From an uncultured bacterium (lineage in GTDB: Bacteria > Verrucomicrobiota > Verrucomicrobiia > Limisphaerales > UBA8199): 64,000 nucleotides of DNA. The position numbers and the translations under genes are program-made. Below the pieces are notes generated by a model. It saw only the letters and a list, made by a program, of their open reading frames with translations. It was not told the origin of the DNA and ran no database searches. The stretch is taken from contig CAVVMW010000006.1 of NCBI GenBank assembly GCA_963749495.1, forward strand, positions 992,001-1,056,000. The letters are read 5' to 3'. Positions 20,430 to 29,937 of this stretch are shown one piece after another (within the stretch, counting starts at the first letter, position 1; the number at the start of each line of letters is the position of its first letter).

Positions 20430-23345
20430 ATGAGAGCGCAAGAAGACCAGAGTGTGGGCCAGGCGGACGAGGTGATGGACCTGCAGGTCACGCTGGACCT
20501 GGACCGGGGTTGCTTCCTTCTGGAGTGGCGCCGGCCCGGGGCTACAGAGGCGGCAGCGCGTGGCGAACTGACCGCCAAGGCGGAGCATGCGTACTTCTGG
20601 ATTCATTCCGTGAAGCTGACGGTGGAAGCAGATGGAGAAGTGGCGCGTGACGGGTGCAACAGCCGGGGGACCTCGCCGCGGGCGCTGGTCAACCGGCTGC
20701 GCAAGCGCTTTCCGGTCCCGGACCAGCGGGTGCGAGTGTGCGTGAGCGGGGGCGGGACCGGGTCGGTGGAGACGATAGCCCTTTCCCCATGGGCAGATGC
20801 GTGGAGATGGCTGGGGCAGCAGGTCCAGATGTATGCCCGCCTGGTGGAGGCCCCGGCAGGGAGGATGGACGATGAGCAAGGTGGCCGGATGGCGGCGCGG
20901 ATGCTGGCGCGCGGCTGGTTGGGGGCGCGGTTGGACGGGCTGTTGCACGGACGCGGTCCGGACTCGCCTCCGGCTGCGGTCGAGGCCGGGTTCGAACTCC
21001 GGGTCACGGTTCAATTGGTCCAGGAGCACATCCGGTTGGACTGGCTGAGATTGCCGGGCGGGAGCAAGGCGGCGACAGGCTGCGTGGAGGTCACCGACCG
21101 CAACGAGTTGACCTGGACTCTCGAGACGGAGGGGCGTCGGGAGGTCATCCACACCAACCAGCAACCCGGGTTCATTCGCGAGGCGCTGGACCGATGGCTG
21201 GGCCGTTTTCCGATGGCGCCGGGGAGGCTCACCGCTTTCAGCGTCGGATTGGACGGGCGGGGTTCCGAGCGGCTCCGGCTGCCTCCTTCCGGCACGGGAA
21301 AGTCGCCGACGGATTGGATCGCGAAGGAGGTTGAAGGGATGGCCGAGGCCCTGGCGGCTCGTTTCGGGCCCAGCGATGCGATAGCAGGCGTGATGGAGGA
21401 GCTGGCCGCCGAGGATTTCGCCCATGAGCAGCGGAGGATGGAGCGCCGGGAGCAGAAGCGGGCGCAGGAGGAGGCGCGCCGACGCGAGGCCCTGGCGCGC
21501 CTGGCCGAGGAGCGGCGCCGGCGCGAACAGCGCGAGCAGGAACGCAAGGCGGCCCGGAAGGCGGCCGAAGCGAAGGCCCAGCCTGCCGCCCAGGCCGCGG
21601 CGCCAAGACCAGTGGAGCACCCGCCCCTGCCGCCGGTGCCGCTCCACATCGAGTTGCCGGGATTGGAATTCCAGGAGACAACCTTCCCGCTCTCCGGCCT
21701 GGACCAATACGCTTTGCGGGAGCGCGCGGCCCTGTGGTGGGTCTCCAACCAATCCGACAACCTGCTCTGCCTGCCCCATTGCCGCATCGAGCACCTGGAT
21801 TACCAGGAACGGACGGCGCTGCGCGTGCTGGGCCCGTTGCGGGGCCGCGCCTTGCTCTCCGACGAAGTTGGCCTGGGCAAGACCATCGAGGCGGGCCTGG
21901 TGCTCAAGGAATTGCTGACTCGGGGCTTGGTCAAGCGGTTCCTGGTCCTGACCGTGCCGTCGCTGGTGGACCAGTGGGCAGAGGAGTTGAGCGACAAATT
22001 CGGCCTGGACACCGCTACCACGAACCAAGCGGCGGCGCGCGGGGACGGCAGCCAGTTCTGGCGCGAGAACAAGGGCATTATCGCCAGCCTCCACACGCTC
22101 AAGCAGCCGGCGCAGCTCGAAATCGCCCGGCAAGAGCACTGGGACATGTTGATCGTGGACGAGGCGCATTATCTGCGGAACCGGGAGTCGCAGGCCTGGC
22201 AGGCGGTCAGCGCCCTGCCGCGCCAGTTTCTCCTGCTGCTGACGGCTACGCCGGTGCAGAACTCACTGGAGGAACTCTACAACCTGGTGACCCTCTTGCA
22301 GCCGGGGCAACTGCCCACCCCCAAGGAGTTCCGCGCCCGGTTCATCGACCCCAAACGCCCGCGGCAGCCGCGCCAGCCCGAGGAACTGCGCCGCCTGCTG
22401 GGCCAGGTGATGATCCGCACCACGCGCGCCACGGCCGGCCTGGACCTGCCGCCCCGCCGCGCCGAGACGGTCCTGTTCGAGCCGGGCCAGACCGAGCGCG
22501 GATTCTGGGAGCGGTGGGAGGCTGAGTTTCGGGCCCGGCTGGCGCAGTTGAACGCCAGCCAGGCCAGCCTGTGGGGGCGGCTGCTCTTGCAGGCGGCCGG
22601 CAGCAGCCCGATGGCCTGGCGCGAGGCGGTGCAGAAGTTCCCGGACCCGGCGGCAGCGCGGGAGTGGAGCCAGCAGGCCCCGTTGGAGGAAAGCTGGCGG
22701 CGCAAATGCGAATTATTGGCGCCGCTCACGCGCGGCGAGGGCGGGTTGGTCATCTTCACGCAGTTCCTGGAGACCCAGTCGGCGCTGGCCGAGCAACTGC
22801 GGCGCGCGGGCGTCGAGGCCTTCGTCATCAACGGCTCGACCCCTGCGCCCGAGCGCCAGCCCATCACCGAGGCATTCCATCGCCAGGGCGGCGCCGGCCA
22901 CGGCGGCGCCCTGCTCTTGACCCGCAGCGGCACCGAGGGCCGCAACCTCCAGTTCTCGCACCGGCTGGCCAACTTCGACCTGCCATGGAACCCGATGGAG
23001 ATCGAGCAGCGCATCGGCCGGCTGCACCGCCTGGGCCAGAAGCGGCCGGTGCAGATCTACAACTTCGTCCAGGCCGGCACACTCCAGGAGCACCTGCTCC
23101 AAATCCTCCAGGAAAAGCTCAACTTGTTCGAGTTGGTCGTCGGCGAGACCGGCCTGGTCCTGGGAGAGCGATTCAGCAGCGATGAATTCGCCGAGGAAGT
23201 GCTGCGGCGCTGGCGCGAGAGCGACGGGCGCGTGGCCGAGGCGCTGGCGGGGCTGGGCGAAGAACTGGCCGCCGCGCGCGACAGCTACGGCGAGGTCAAG
23301 AAGCTCGATGAAACCCTCTTCGAGCAGGACTATGAATCAATATGA
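20430..23345 (+). CDS. SNF2-family helicase/ATPase (YqhH-like) with long N-terminal extension
   Basis: SDEVGLGKTIE, VDEAH, LTATPVQN, GTEGRNLQ, DLPWNPMEIEQRIGRLHR. Confidence 0.9.
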   Translation: MRAQEDQSVGQADEVMDLQVTLDLDRGCFLLEWRRPGATEAAARGELTAKAEHAYFWIHSVKLTVEADGEVARDGCNSRGTSPRALVNRLRKRFPVPDQRVRVCVSGGGTGSVETIALSPWADAWRWLGQQVQMYARLVEAPAGRMDDEQGGRMAARMLARGWLGARLDGLLHGRGPDSPPAAVEAGFELRVTVQLVQEHIRLDWLRLPGGSKAATGCVEVTDRNELTWTLETEGRREVIHTNQQPGFIREALDRWLGRFPMAPGRLTAFSVGLDGRGSERLRLPPSGTGKSPTDWIAKEVEGMAEALAARFGPSDAIAGVMEELAAEDFAHEQRRMERREQKRAQEEARRREALARLAEERRRREQREQERKAARKAAEAKAQPAAQAAAPRPVEHPPLPPVPLHIELPGLEFQETTFPLSGLDQYALRERAALWWVSNQSDNLLCLPHCRIEHLDYQERTALRVLGPLRGRALLSDEVGLGKTIEAGLVLKELLTRGLVKRFLVLTVPSLVDQWAEELSDKFGLDTATTNQAAARGDGSQFWRENKGIIASLHTLKQPAQLEIARQEHWDMLIVDEAHYLRNRESQAWQAVSALPRQFLLLLTATPVQNSLEELYNLVTLLQPGQLPTPKEFRARFIDPKRPRQPRQPEELRRLLGQVMIRTTRATAGLDLPPRRAETVLFEPGQTERGFWERWEAEFRARLAQLNASQASLWGRLLLQAAGSSPMAWREAVQKFPDPAAAREWSQQAPLEESWRRKCELLAPLTRGEGGLVIFTQFLETQSALAEQLRRAGVEAFVINGSTPAPERQPITEAFHRQGGAGHGGALLLTRSGTEGRNLQFSHRLANFDLPWNPMEIEQRIGRLHRLGQKRPVQIYNFVQAGTLQEHLLQILQEKLNLFELVVGETGLVLGERFSSDEFAEEVLRRWRESDGRVAEALAGLGEELAAARDSYGEVKKLDETLFEQDYESI

Positions 23346-23371
23346 AGCAGGCCAGGACAATCCACCAGGCC

Positions 23372-23440
23372 GCGAGGGTCGAGGGACGAGGGACGAGGGG
23401 ACGGATCTCTGCCCCTCGCCCCTCGTCCCTCGACCCTCGC
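23372..23440. repeat. Heptamer-armed hairpin (GACGAGG units / CCTCGTC units)
   Basis: gagggtcgagggacgagggacgagggg ... cccctcgcccctcgtccctcgaccctc. Confidence 0.85.
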
Positions 23441-23481
23441 ATCCGAATACTTGGCGACTCAGTGCCTCTGACCCGGTGCCT

Positions 23482-24496
23482 ATGAACCTCAATCGCCTCC
23501 CTTACGACCCCGCCGCCCTGGCGAACTTCTACGAGGAAGGGCTCGGCGCCCTGGGCGCGCTGTGCGAGCGGACCTGGCACAATCGCCTGGAGGTGGTCGC
23601 TCAAGGCGAGCCCGGCAAGACTCTGGAACCCGGACGGCGGGCTGCACGAGGTCGAACTGGAGTTTGCGCCGGCCGACGCCATGAGCGCGCGCGACGCGGC
23701 GCGGGAGGTCTTTCCGGGCTGCCCGTTGACGTTCAGGCTGGCCGAGGCGCTGCGGCCGGCCCCGCTGCCGCTGGAGCGGGTGGCCTTGGCGGGGGAAGGG
23801 CCGGACCGTCCGCCGGATGAAGCGGTGGCGGAGAAGCTCTGGCGCGCGCAGTATCCGAACACGGCGCGCTGGCGCCTGGCGGCGCCGTTCAAGGCGGCAT
23901 TCCACTTTTCGCTGTTGGCGCTGGTGCGCTGCGAGATACAGGCTATAGACCAGCACTGGTCGTTGCGGCGGTTGGCCGTGGCGCTCGACAACGGCCAACC
24001 GGATGAATCGCTGGCGCAGGCCATCAGCTTCGCGCAGGCGCAACCGGAGGCGGAGGAGATCCCGTGGCCCGGGCCTGACCCGGCCCGCTGGGCGGCCCTG
24101 CTCCGCGTGGCGCTCGAGGCGGACCTGGCCGAGAGCCTGGGCGCAATCCGAAGCCGGCAGGAGAATTACCTGCGCCGCGAGTTGGACCGCATCGATGAAT
24201 ACTTCCAGAACTACGAGCGCGAACTGACCGCCCGCGCCTCGCGCGGCCGCAGCAAGACCACCAAGCTCAAGACCGCCGACCGCCTGGCCGCAGCCCGCGC
24301 CGAGCACACGCGGCGGCGCGCCAACCAGGTCGCGCGCCACGAGATCCGCGTGCAACCGCACTTCGACGCACTGCTCCTGACGGCCGAGCGGGCCTGGAGC
24401 GGCACTATCCGCGTGGAGGCCGCGCACCAGGCCCAGACCCTCGAGGCCCAGTTGCTGCCGCGCGCCCGGAAGTGGTTCAGGGCGCTGAATCAGTGA
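23482..24496 (+). CDS. YqhG-like helicase partner protein (frameshift near 23615)
   Basis: ORFs 23182..23820 and 23681..24496 join; coiled-coil RRELDRIDEYF; directly after the SNF2 gene. Confidence 0.55.
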
Positions 24497-24503
24497 CACG
24501 GAA

Positions 24504-25325
24504 ATGAACCCCCCGATCGAGGACATTGGCATTATCGCCGGCAACCGCTCGCTGCCGTTGATCTTTGCCCGCCAGGCCCGCCAACTCGGGGTCAAACGCC
24601 TGGTCGCCGTGGCCTTCGTTGGCGAGACCGACCCGGCCCTGGCTGGATTGGTGGACGAGATCGTCTGGCTCAAGGTAGGGCAGCTATCGAAGCTGATCGC
24701 CGCCTTTACGCAGCGCCAGGTGCGCCACTGCGTGATGGCGGGCCAGATCGCGCCGCGGAACCTCTACGACATCCGTCCGGACCTGCGGGCGATGGCCCTG
24801 CTGCTGCGGCTCAAGGAACGAAACGCGCACACGATTTTTGGCGCGGTGGCCGATGCCCTCAAACAGGAGGGCGTCGAGTTGATCGAGGCCACGCCCTGGC
24901 TCAAACCGTTGATGCCGGGGGCCGGGTTTGAGCTCGGGCCGGGCCTGACGGCGGCGCAGCGGGCCGACATCCAGTTCGGCTATCGCATTGCCAAGGAGGT
25001 GTCGCGCCTGGAGATCGGCCAGACCGTGGTGGTCAAGAGCGGCACCGTGCTGGCGGTCGAGGCCTTCGAGGGGACCGACTCATGCCTGGCGCGGGGCGGC
25101 GGCCTGGCCGGCATGGACGGCGGGGCGGTGGCGGTCAAGACTGCCAAGCAAAACCACGATTGGCGCTTTGACATCCCCTGCGTCGGCCCCAACACACTCC
25201 AGACGTGCGCGGCGGCCGGGATTGCCGTGCTCGCCTTCGAGGCCGGCAAGGCCCTGGTGCTGGAATTGGAAACTTGCGAACGCCTGGCCCGGCAGCATAA
25301 GATTTGTCTGACGACGGCGGGTTAA
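24504..25325 (+). CDS. lpxI: UDP-2,3-diacylglucosamine hydrolase LpxI
   Basis: IGIIAGN, EIGQTVVV, AVEAFEGTD, DWRFDIPCVG. Confidence 0.9.
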   Translation: MNPPIEDIGIIAGNRSLPLIFARQARQLGVKRLVAVAFVGETDPALAGLVDEIVWLKVGQLSKLIAAFTQRQVRHCVMAGQIAPRNLYDIRPDLRAMALLLRLKERNAHTIFGAVADALKQEGVELIEATPWLKPLMPGAGFELGPGLTAAQRADIQFGYRIAKEVSRLEIGQTVVVKSGTVLAVEAFEGTDSCLARGGGLAGMDGGAVAVKTAKQNHDWRFDIPCVGPNTLQTCAAAGIAVLAFEAGKALVLELETCERLARQHKICLTTAG

Positions 25326-25372
25326 GGAGCCGTCTGTGGATTTTGAACCAGGACATTGGATAGACCGACACC

Positions 25373-25873
25373 ATGCTCACCTCGCACGAACTGCTGGGTT
25401 TCATGTCGCCGAACCTGGCGCTTGAAATCATCACTTACGCCCACGAATCGGACAAGCCGCTCTACCGCGCTGCCCTCAACGCCGTCGCCGAGGCGCGCAA
25501 GCTGCGCCCGGTCTATTTCGAGCGCCAGCCCCGGACCGAGCGGCACAACGCCATGCTGGTGACCCTCACCCGCCCTGCCCTGGACCTGGTCACCGGCAAT
25601 CTCATCCGCGCCTGGCTGCTCAAGAAGCACAACGCCATGCTGGTGGATTTCCTGGACGCCCTGGCCATTCCCCACAAAGAGGGCGTCGTCGAGGACCTGC
25701 CCAAATCCGTGGACGACGCCAAACTCCAGGGGGCCGTCGACGCCCTCCTGGCCAAATACCCAAACGAGGTCGTGGCCGTCTATCTCAATGCCTTCAGCGA
25801 GATGAACGAGGTCGAGTGGCCCAACCTCAAACAGATGCTCGAGGGCAACCCCCGCCTCCAACTCGGAGGGTGA
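25373..25873 (+). CDS. Hypothetical protein
   Basis: 166-aa ORF with host-like codon usage, co-oriented between lpxI and gnd. Confidence 0.75.
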   Translation: MLTSHELLGFMSPNLALEIITYAHESDKPLYRAALNAVAEARKLRPVYFERQPRTERHNAMLVTLTRPALDLVTGNLIRAWLLKKHNAMLVDFLDALAIPHKEGVVEDLPKSVDDAKLQGAVDALLAKYPNEVVAVYLNAFSEMNEVEWPNLKQMLEGNPRLQLGG

Positions 25874-25874
25874 A

Positions 25875-26250
25875 GAGGGGCGAGGGGCGAGGGGCGAGGG
25901 GCGAGGGAAGAAAACAAAACGTCCCGGCTGCGATTAAAAGCGTCGGGCATGCGGCCCGCGAGTCTTGGCCCGGAGGGACATTCGACAATAGCCCAACGCT
26001 TCAGCGTTGGGTTCTGGCCTGCAGAGGGGGCAAGTCCCGAAGGGACGGCTGAAATTGGCTCTCCCTTCAGCCGTCCCTTCGGGACTCGGCTCGCCTCCGT
26101 CTTCAACCCAACGCTGAAGCGTTGGGCTATTGTCGGGACCCCTTCGGGGCAAGGAGGCGCGACCACCGAACCGACAGTTCTAATCGCACCCGAACATCCC
26201 TCGCCCCTCGTCCCTCCCGCCTTGACACTCGACCCCCGACCCTCGACCCT
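25875..26250. repeat. Nested element: GAGGGGC heptamer arm, GTCCCGAAGGGAC REP-like multi-hairpin, CCCTCG arm
   Basis: Inner palindrome about 25930-26150; inverted homolog at 42238-42498. Confidence 0.8.
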
Positions 26251-26256
26251 CAGAAT

Positions 26257-27711
26257 ATGGAACCGAAAGCCGATATTGCCGTCATTGGGCTGGCTGTAAT
26301 GGGCCAGAACCTGATTTTGAACATGAACGACCATGGGTTTACCGTGGCCGCCTTCAACCGAACGGTCTCCAAAGTGGATGACTTCCTGGGCAAAGAGGCC
26401 AAAGGCACCAACATCATCGGCGCCCATTCCCTCGAGGAGCTGGCCGGCCTGCTCAAGAAACCACGCCGCGTGATGCTCATGGTCAAGGCGGGCGCGGCGG
26501 TGGACGAATTCATCGAGCGCCTGCTGCCGCTGCTGGAGCCGGGCGACATTATCATTGACGGCGGCAATTCATTGTTCGAGGACACCATTCGCCACACCAA
26601 ACACGTCGAGTCCAAGGGCCTGCTCTACATCGGCACGGGCGTGTCGGGCGGGGAAGAGGGGGCGCGCCGCGGCCCGAGCCTGATGCCGGGCGGCTCGCCC
26701 GCCGCCTGGCCGCACGTCAAGGACATCTTCCAGGCCATCGCCGCCAAGGTGGAGGACGGCACGCCCTGCTGCGATTGGGTGGGCGAGAACGGCGCCGGCC
26801 ATTATGTGAAAATGGTCCACAACGGCATCGAATATGGCGACATGCAGCTCATCTGCGAGGCCTACAACCTGATGAAAACCGGGCTGGGCCTGGACGCCGA
26901 GGCGATGCACCGGGTCTTCGCCGAATGGAACCAGGGCGAACTCAACTCCTACCTGATCCAGATCACACGCGACATCCTCGCCTTCAAGGACACCGACGGC
27001 CAGCCGCTGGTGGACAAGATCCTCGATACCGCCGGGCAGAAGGGCACCGGCAAATGGATGGTGAACTCCTCGCTCGAACTGGGCATCCCCATCACGCTCA
27101 TTGCCGAGGCGGTCTATGCCCGTTGCGTCTCGGCCCTCAAAGAGGAGCGCACCCTCGCCGCCAGCAAGCTCAAGGGTCCGCGCCCGCGCATTCCGGGCGA
27201 CCCGAAGAAGTTTTCCGAGGACATCCGGCGCGCCCTCTACGCGTCCAAGATCGTCTCCTACGCCCAGGGCTACATGCTCCTGGGCGCCGCCGCCCGGCAG
27301 TATCAGTGGAACCTCAACTACGGCGGCATTGCCCTGATGTGGCGGGGCGGCTGCATCATCCGCAGCGTCTTCCTGGGCAAGATCAAGGAGGCCTTCGACC
27401 GCAACCCCAAGCTGAGCAACCTGCTGCTGGACCCCTTCTTCCGCCAGGCCATCAGGCAGGCGCAACGCTCCTGGCGCACCGTGGTCGCCGCCGCCGCCCG
27501 CAAAGGCATCCCCGCCCCGGCCTTCAGCACCGCCCTGGCCTTTTTCGATTCCTACCGCAGCGAGCGGTTGCCCGCCAACCTGCTCCAGGCCCAGCGCGAT
27601 TACTTCGGCGCGCACATGTACGAACGCCTGGACCAGCCGCGCGGCCAGTTCCTTCACACCAACTGGACCGGCCACGGCGGCGCCGTCGGGGCGGGAACGT
27701 ACTCGGTGTAA
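26257..27711 (+). CDS. gnd: 6-phosphogluconate dehydrogenase, decarboxylating
   Basis: [46 protein letters not shown]. Confidence 0.97.
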   Translation: MEPKADIAVIGLAVMGQNLILNMNDHGFTVAAFNRTVSKVDDFLGKEAKGTNIIGAHSLEELAGLLKKPRRVMLMVKAGAAVDEFIERLLPLLEPGDIIIDGGNSLFEDTIRHTKHVESKGLLYIGTGVSGGEEGARRGPSLMPGGSPAAWPHVKDIFQAIAAKVEDGTPCCDWVGENGAGHYVKMVHNGIEYGDMQLICEAYNLMKTGLGLDAEAMHRVFAEWNQGELNSYLIQITRDILAFKDTDGQPLVDKILDTAGQKGTGKWMVNSSLELGIPITLIAEAVYARCVSALKEERTLAASKLKGPRPRIPGDPKKFSEDIRRALYASKIVSYAQGYMLLGAAARQYQWNLNYGGIALMWRGGCIIRSVFLGKIKEAFDRNPKLSNLLLDPFFRQAIRQAQRSWRTVVAAAARKGIPAPAFSTALAFFDSYRSERLPANLLQAQRDYFGAHMYERLDQPRGQFLHTNWTGHGGAVGAGTYSV

Positions 27712-27750
27712 AGGCTGAAGGCCAAAGGCTAAAGGCTAAAATGACGAGGC

Positions 27751-28251
27751 TCAAACGCCGAATGACAGGTCCACCCGCTCGCCGCAGCTGGGACAATCAA
27801 CGGATCCCTTTGAAGGTGGGTGTTCGATGTTCACGCCGCAGGCGGGGCATTGGGTCTTGAGGTGGGTGGCGGCGGGTTGATTCGATAGATCACTCCCACA
27901 AAATCGGCATTTGATAGCTTCTCGTTGAATCAATTCCGCGCAAAAGGGGCATTTCTTCTTTTGTGATTCAAGTGAGGGCGGGGGAGCGCTCATTTTAGGC
28001 GTGCCGTAGGCTCGAAGCTCGCGTCCACAGCCCTTGCAGACGGTGGCGCTGTCAGGAACCCCACATTGGCAGAAGGGGCACTTGCGCGGATAGTCGAGGA
28101 AGGCGGCGATAATCCAGCCGAGCGGGCCGAGAAAGAGGCCGAGCCAGAAGCCCTCGCCAGCCCTGTCTTTGTTAGTGCCGATGGCGTACCCGATGGCGCC
28201 CCCGATGAGCGCCCAGAAAATAAGCCCAGTCAGCACAGCGACTTCATCCAT
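27751..28251 (-). CDS. Membrane protein with several CxxC zinc ribbons
   Basis: Two TM helices then CPFC..CKGC, CPFC..CRFC, CPAC..CPSC; lower GC than flanks. Confidence 0.7.
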   Translation of the reverse strand: MDEVAVLTGLIFWALIGGAIGYAIGTNKDRAGEGFWLGLFLGPLGWIIAAFLDYPRKCPFCQCGVPDSATVCKGCGRELRAYGTPKMSAPPPSLESQKKKCPFCAELIQREAIKCRFCGSDLSNQPAATHLKTQCPACGVNIEHPPSKGSVDCPSCGERVDLSFGV

Positions 28252-28414
28252 AGTGGAGGAGAAAACAGAATCGGATGCCGGATTTCATAGCATCGATTCT
28301 ACGCCTCGTGGCTAAACTCCACAAGCCTCTTTTCCGATGGAAAGCGGATGGCCCACCACCCCGTTCTCGAAAGAGATTGCGTCGCTGAGGCAGGTCGCGT
28401 ACTTTCAATCACCT

Positions 28415-28618
28415 ATGACGCGGGAAATGATCCAGAAGGCCCTGGCGCAAAGACCCTTCCGGCCCTTTTCGGTTCGCCTTACCGATGGCCGCTTGGTGCC
28501 GATCAAAGGAGAGGACAGTGCTGCCGTTCACCCTAATGGTGAAACCATGATTGTCTTCGAGGAGGGAGGGTATCGCATCATTGACATCCCTCTGATAACG
28601 GAGTTACAGACCGCCTGA
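28415..28618 (+). CDS. Small hypothetical protein (RPFRPF type)
   Basis: MTREMIQKALAQRPFRPFSVRLTDGR, 67 aa. Confidence 0.6.
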   Translation: MTREMIQKALAQRPFRPFSVRLTDGRLVPIKGEDSAAVHPNGETMIVFEEGGYRIIDIPLITELQTA

Positions 28619-28756
28619 GCCAGAACGTCAACTCTTCTCCAGCATCGCGGCTATCGTCCCCAGGGCGCTGCCCTCGAGGCGGTTGTTGACGAAGACAAGC
28701 GTCTTGCGGTTTGAGCCGGCGGCCTGGCCTTCAGGGATCAAGGTCCGGCCGGCGGC

Positions 28757-29799
28757 GCGGCCCGAGCCTGGTGCCGGGCGGCTCGCCCGCCGCCTGGCCG
28801 CACGTCAAGGACATCTTCCAGGCCATCGCCGCCAAGGTGGAGGACGGCACGCCCTGCTGCGATTGGGTGGGCGAGAACGGCGCCGGCCATTATGTGAAAA
28901 TGGTCCACAACGGCATCGAATACGGCGACATGCAGCTCATCTGCGAGGCCTACAACCTGATGAAAACCGGGCTGGGCCTGGACGCCGAGGCGATGCACCG
29001 GGTCTTCGCCGAATGGAACCAGGGCGAACTCAACTCCTACCTGGTCGAGATCACCCGCGACATCCTCGCCTTCAAGGACACCGACGGCCAGCCGCTGGTG
29101 GACAAGATCCTCGATACCGCCGGGCAGAAGGGCACCGGCAAGTGGATGGTGAACTCCTCGCTCGAACTGGGCATCCCCATCACGCTCATTGCCGAGGCGG
29201 TCTATGCCCGTTGCGTCTCGGCCCTCAAAGAGGAGCGCACCCTCGCCGCCAGCAAGCTCAAGGGTCCGCGCCCGCGCATTCCGGGCGACCCGAAGAAGTT
29301 TGCCGAGGACATCCGGCGCGCCCTTTACGCGTCCAAGATCGTCTCCTACGCCCAGGGCTACATGCTCCTGGGCGCCGCCGCCCGGCAGTATCACTGGAAC
29401 CTCAACTACGGCGGCATTGCCCTGATGTGGCGGGGCGGCTGCATCATCCGCAGCGTCTTCCTGGGCAAGATCAAGGAGGCCTTCGACCGCAACCCCAAGC
29501 TGAGCAACCTGCTGCTGGACCCCTTCTTCCGCCAGGCCATCAGGCAGGCGCAACGCTCCTGGCGCACCGTGGTTGCCGCCGCCGCCCGCAAAGGCATCCC
29601 CGCCCCGGCCTTCAGCACCGCCCTGGCCTTTTTCGATTCCTACCGCAGCGAGCGGTTGCCCGCCAACCTCCTCCAGGCCCAGCGCGATTACTTCGGCGCG
29701 CACATGTACGAACGCCTGGACCAGCCGCGCGGCCAGTTCCTTCACACCAACTGGACCGGCCACGGCGGCACCGTCGGGGCGGGAACTTATATTGTCTAA
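28757..29799 (+). pseudogene. gnd: 5'-truncated second copy of gnd
   Basis: Near-identical to 26668-27711 with several substitutions (IQ/VE, S/A, Q/H, TYSV/TYIV); lacks the N-terminal NADP-binding region. Confidence 0.9.
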
Positions 29800-29852
29800 A
29801 GGCTAAAGGCTAAAGGCTAAAGGCTAAAGGCTAAAGGCTGAAGGCTGCAGGC
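29797..29852 (+). repeat. TAAAGGC heptamer array
   Basis: Tandem units starting at the stop codon; shorter array after gnd copy 1 (27709-27740). Confidence 0.9.
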
Positions 29853-29937
29853 CGTTGGCCTGGGAAGGGTCCGATCCGAAGAGCGATTGACCAGGGCCTT
29901 GGCCTCGTGAAAAATCGTGGCTGTATTTGAGGGCTGC

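Noticed and set aside
20049..22169. 706-aa minus-strand ORF and similar long antisense ORFs (53281-56151, 38954-40768, 43388-45205)
   Set aside because: Shadow frames opposite well-supported genes in GC-rich DNA; no recognisable motifs
26222..26256. TTGACA upstream of gnd as a repeat-tuned promoter
   Set aside because: 23-nt spacing to a weak -10 that abuts the ATG; insufficient support
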